Positions 8,681-10,026 of a stretch of 10,026 bases of DNA are shown here, piece after piece. The stretch comes from Ignavibacteriales bacterium (GTDB taxonomy: Bacteria > Bacteroidota > Ignavibacteria > UBA10030 > UBA6906): NCBI GenBank assembly GCA_037441705.1, contig JBBIRR010000070.1:1-10026 (forward strand), read 5' to 3'. A program made the position numbers and the translations under genes. The stretch's first letter is position 1. Every line of letters begins with the position of its first letter. The notes under the pieces are model-generated. The model searched no databases and was not told the origin of the DNA. It worked only from the letters and a program-made list of their open reading frames with translations.

Positions 8681-8775
8681 CATTCACCACCAACATTGAA
8701 CCCTGAAGCCATCCTCATCACTCATTCGCCATCAACACTTCCCCCATCTCACACTCATAATCCGGAGAACGCATC

Positions 8776-9168
8776 ATGTTTCTTTCTTTACTCATCGCAA
8801 GCTTCGTCGTCTCCCTTGCCGTATGTTTTATCATTGTCCGATTATTCAAATCGCCCATCAACAGAATCCTTCATCGTCTTGTGGCCGAGGATATCTCGGA
8901 CGCGTGGAGCAAGTATCTTCTGTTTGCCATCTACGTTGTGGGAATTTCCGGCGGCGTACGCATCTGGCAACTGGAAAAATACATCATCCCGAAAGCAGGT
9001 CAGGCAGAATCGCTTCAGCTTACCAACGAGCGGTGGGTGTTAGAGATCTACCAAACCATCCTCGGTACGCTGCAGAGCATTGCCTGGATGCTTCTTGTGT
9101 TCTTCATCTTCGCCTTGCTCGCCTACGTGATTGTGCGAGGGCTGGAGATGCGAAAGCAGAAGGTGTAG
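8776..9168 (+). CDS. Hypothetical membrane protein (about 3 TM helices)
   Basis: 130 aa ORF with GGAG RBS 9 nt upstream and three hydrophobic segments; it ends 3 nt before the next gene. Confidence 0.82.
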   Translation: MFLSLLIASFVVSLAVCFIIVRLFKSPINRILHRLVAEDISDAWSKYLLFAIYVVGISGGVRIWQLEKYIIPKAGQAESLQLTNERWVLEIYQTILGTLQSIAWMLLVFFIFALLAYVIVRGLEMRKQKV

Positions 9169-9171
9169 ACG

Positions 9172-9639
9172 ATGAACGATGCAGGAAAGAGCAAGAAGAA
9201 GCGCACACTCGTTCTTGGCGTGGGCAACGTGTTGTTGGGTGATGAGGGCGTCGGCGTTCACGCCGTCCGGAAGCTCGCAGCGCAACCCCTTCCGCCGAAC
9301 GTCGACGTACTCGACGGCGGGACAGGCGGCTTCCATTTGCTTTCGGTATTCGAGGAGTATGATCCGATCATTCTGATTGATGCAACGATGGATGGCGAGC
9401 CGCCGGGGACGGTGAGAATGCGACAGCCAAAATTTGCAAATGAATTTCCTCGGACTCTCAGCGCACATGATATCGGATTGCGCGACCTGCTGGAGACAGC
9501 GCAACTTCTCGGCTCGCTTCCCACGCTCTACCTCATCACAATCTCGATCAGCGAGATGCAACACATGACCACCGAGCTTTCCTCTCCTGTTGCCGCGGCA
9601 CTCGATCGCGTTGATGAGATTGTGCGAGGAATCGTCTGA
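9172..9639 (+). CDS. Hydrogenase maturation protease (HyaD/HybD/HycI family, peptidase A31)
   Basis: LVLGVGNVLLGDEGVGVH, DGGT, ILIDA and SAHDIGL contain the Glu/Asp/His metal-ligand positions of this family. Confidence 0.93.
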   Translation: MNDAGKSKKKRTLVLGVGNVLLGDEGVGVHAVRKLAAQPLPPNVDVLDGGTGGFHLLSVFEEYDPIILIDATMDGEPPGTVRMRQPKFANEFPRTLSAHDIGLRDLLETAQLLGSLPTLYLITISISEMQHMTTELSSPVAAALDRVDEIVRGIV

Positions 9640-9687
9640 GCCGCGGCCGTCTTGCGCTGCAACTGGAGATTGTTCTCTGATGAAATT

Positions 9688-9820
9688 GGGCGTTCCGGCG
9701 CTAAGCGCTTCGCAGCGCCGTCGGCGTCCTGCGGGCTCCGCTGTCGCTTCGGTGCTTCGCTGAGCAGCGCTCAGCACTGCCCGCCACAAAGCGGCGGGCA
9801 CCCTCCGGCCGCCTAACGCA
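9688..9820. repeat. GC-rich multi-hairpin palindromic element (GGGCGTT...CCTAACGCA)
   Basis: Stems: CGGCGCT/AGCGCCG (9696-9720), GCTGAGC/GCTCAGC (9759-9775), TGCCCGCC/GGCGGGCA (9778-9800), and closing GCGTT/AACGC (9690-9694/9815-9819). Confidence 0.55.
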
Positions 9821-9851
9821 AAAGCACGCGTATCATCACACCATGCCCATT

Positions 9852-9883
9852 GTGCGGGGACACGGCTCCGCCGTGTCGTGAAC
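9852..9883. repeat. REP-like short palindrome
   Basis: Perfect 8-bp stem GACACGGC-TCC-GCCGTGTC (9859-9877), preceded by GTGCGGG. It resembles degenerate GTAG-type REPs. Confidence 0.5.
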
Positions 9884-9889
9884 GCCGTC

Positions 9890-9978
9890 GTCACCCTGAG
9901 CGCAGTCCCGCCGCCTTTCAGGCGGGACGGAGTCGAAGGGTGGATGCTTCGCGCTTGGAAAGCAGCGCTCAGCATGAC
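9890..9978. repeat. REP-like palindromic element (GTCAnnCTGAGCG...CGCTCAGnnTGAC type) with an internal inserted hairpin
   Basis: Outer arms GTCACCCTGAGCGC / GCGCTCAGCATGAC are 12/14 complementary. Inner stems are GTCCCGCC/GGCGGGAC (9905-9928) and CGAAG/CTTCG (9934-9951). Confidence 0.65.
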
Positions 9979-10026
9979 AGTGTTGGCCAGTGCAATCTCC
10001 ACGGTGCGCACTCGTGAGATCGGAAG

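Noticed and set aside
5849-8768. 13-bp direct match CATAATCCGGAGA at 5849-5861 and 8756-8768
   Set aside because: The first copy is within overlapping coding sequence and the similarity does not extend, so it is probably chance.
9677-9820. Hammerhead core (CTGATGA at 9677) or HDV-like ribozyme fold
   Set aside because: No stem II plus GAAA follows CTGATGA. For HDV, a P2/P3-like segment exists but I found no valid P1 helix.
9040-10011. 323 aa minus-strand ORF
   Set aside because: It lies antisense to two well-supported genes and crosses GC-rich repeats, is Arg/Ala-rich and has no recognisable domain.

Overview
GC-rich bacterial DNA in which all credible genes are on the + strand. Positions 1-6775 hold the 3' part of an Alternative Complex III (ACIII) operon joined to a caa3-type oxidase cluster: partial actE, actF, an actG-like subunit, SCO/SenC, then cytochrome c oxidase subunits II (with fused cytochrome c), I (A2-type, YSHPAVY), III and IV. 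Downstream are a lipoprotein cyclase-family (KynB-like) hydrolase, a PflX-like radical SAM protein, a small membrane protein and a hydrogenase maturation protease with no hydrogenase genes in the window. The proteins belong to known families, so the unusual signal is non-coding. A ~250 bp AT-richer element interrupts the operon between sco and coxB: 18-bp (7+7+4) repeats on the left are mirrored by 32-bp (7+7+7+7+4) reverse-complement repeats on the right. There are two other short strand-biased repeat tracts, a predicted stem covering the cyclase RBS, and a cluster of three different REP-like palindromic elements at 9664-10001. All family assignments come from motif recognition; no database search was run.
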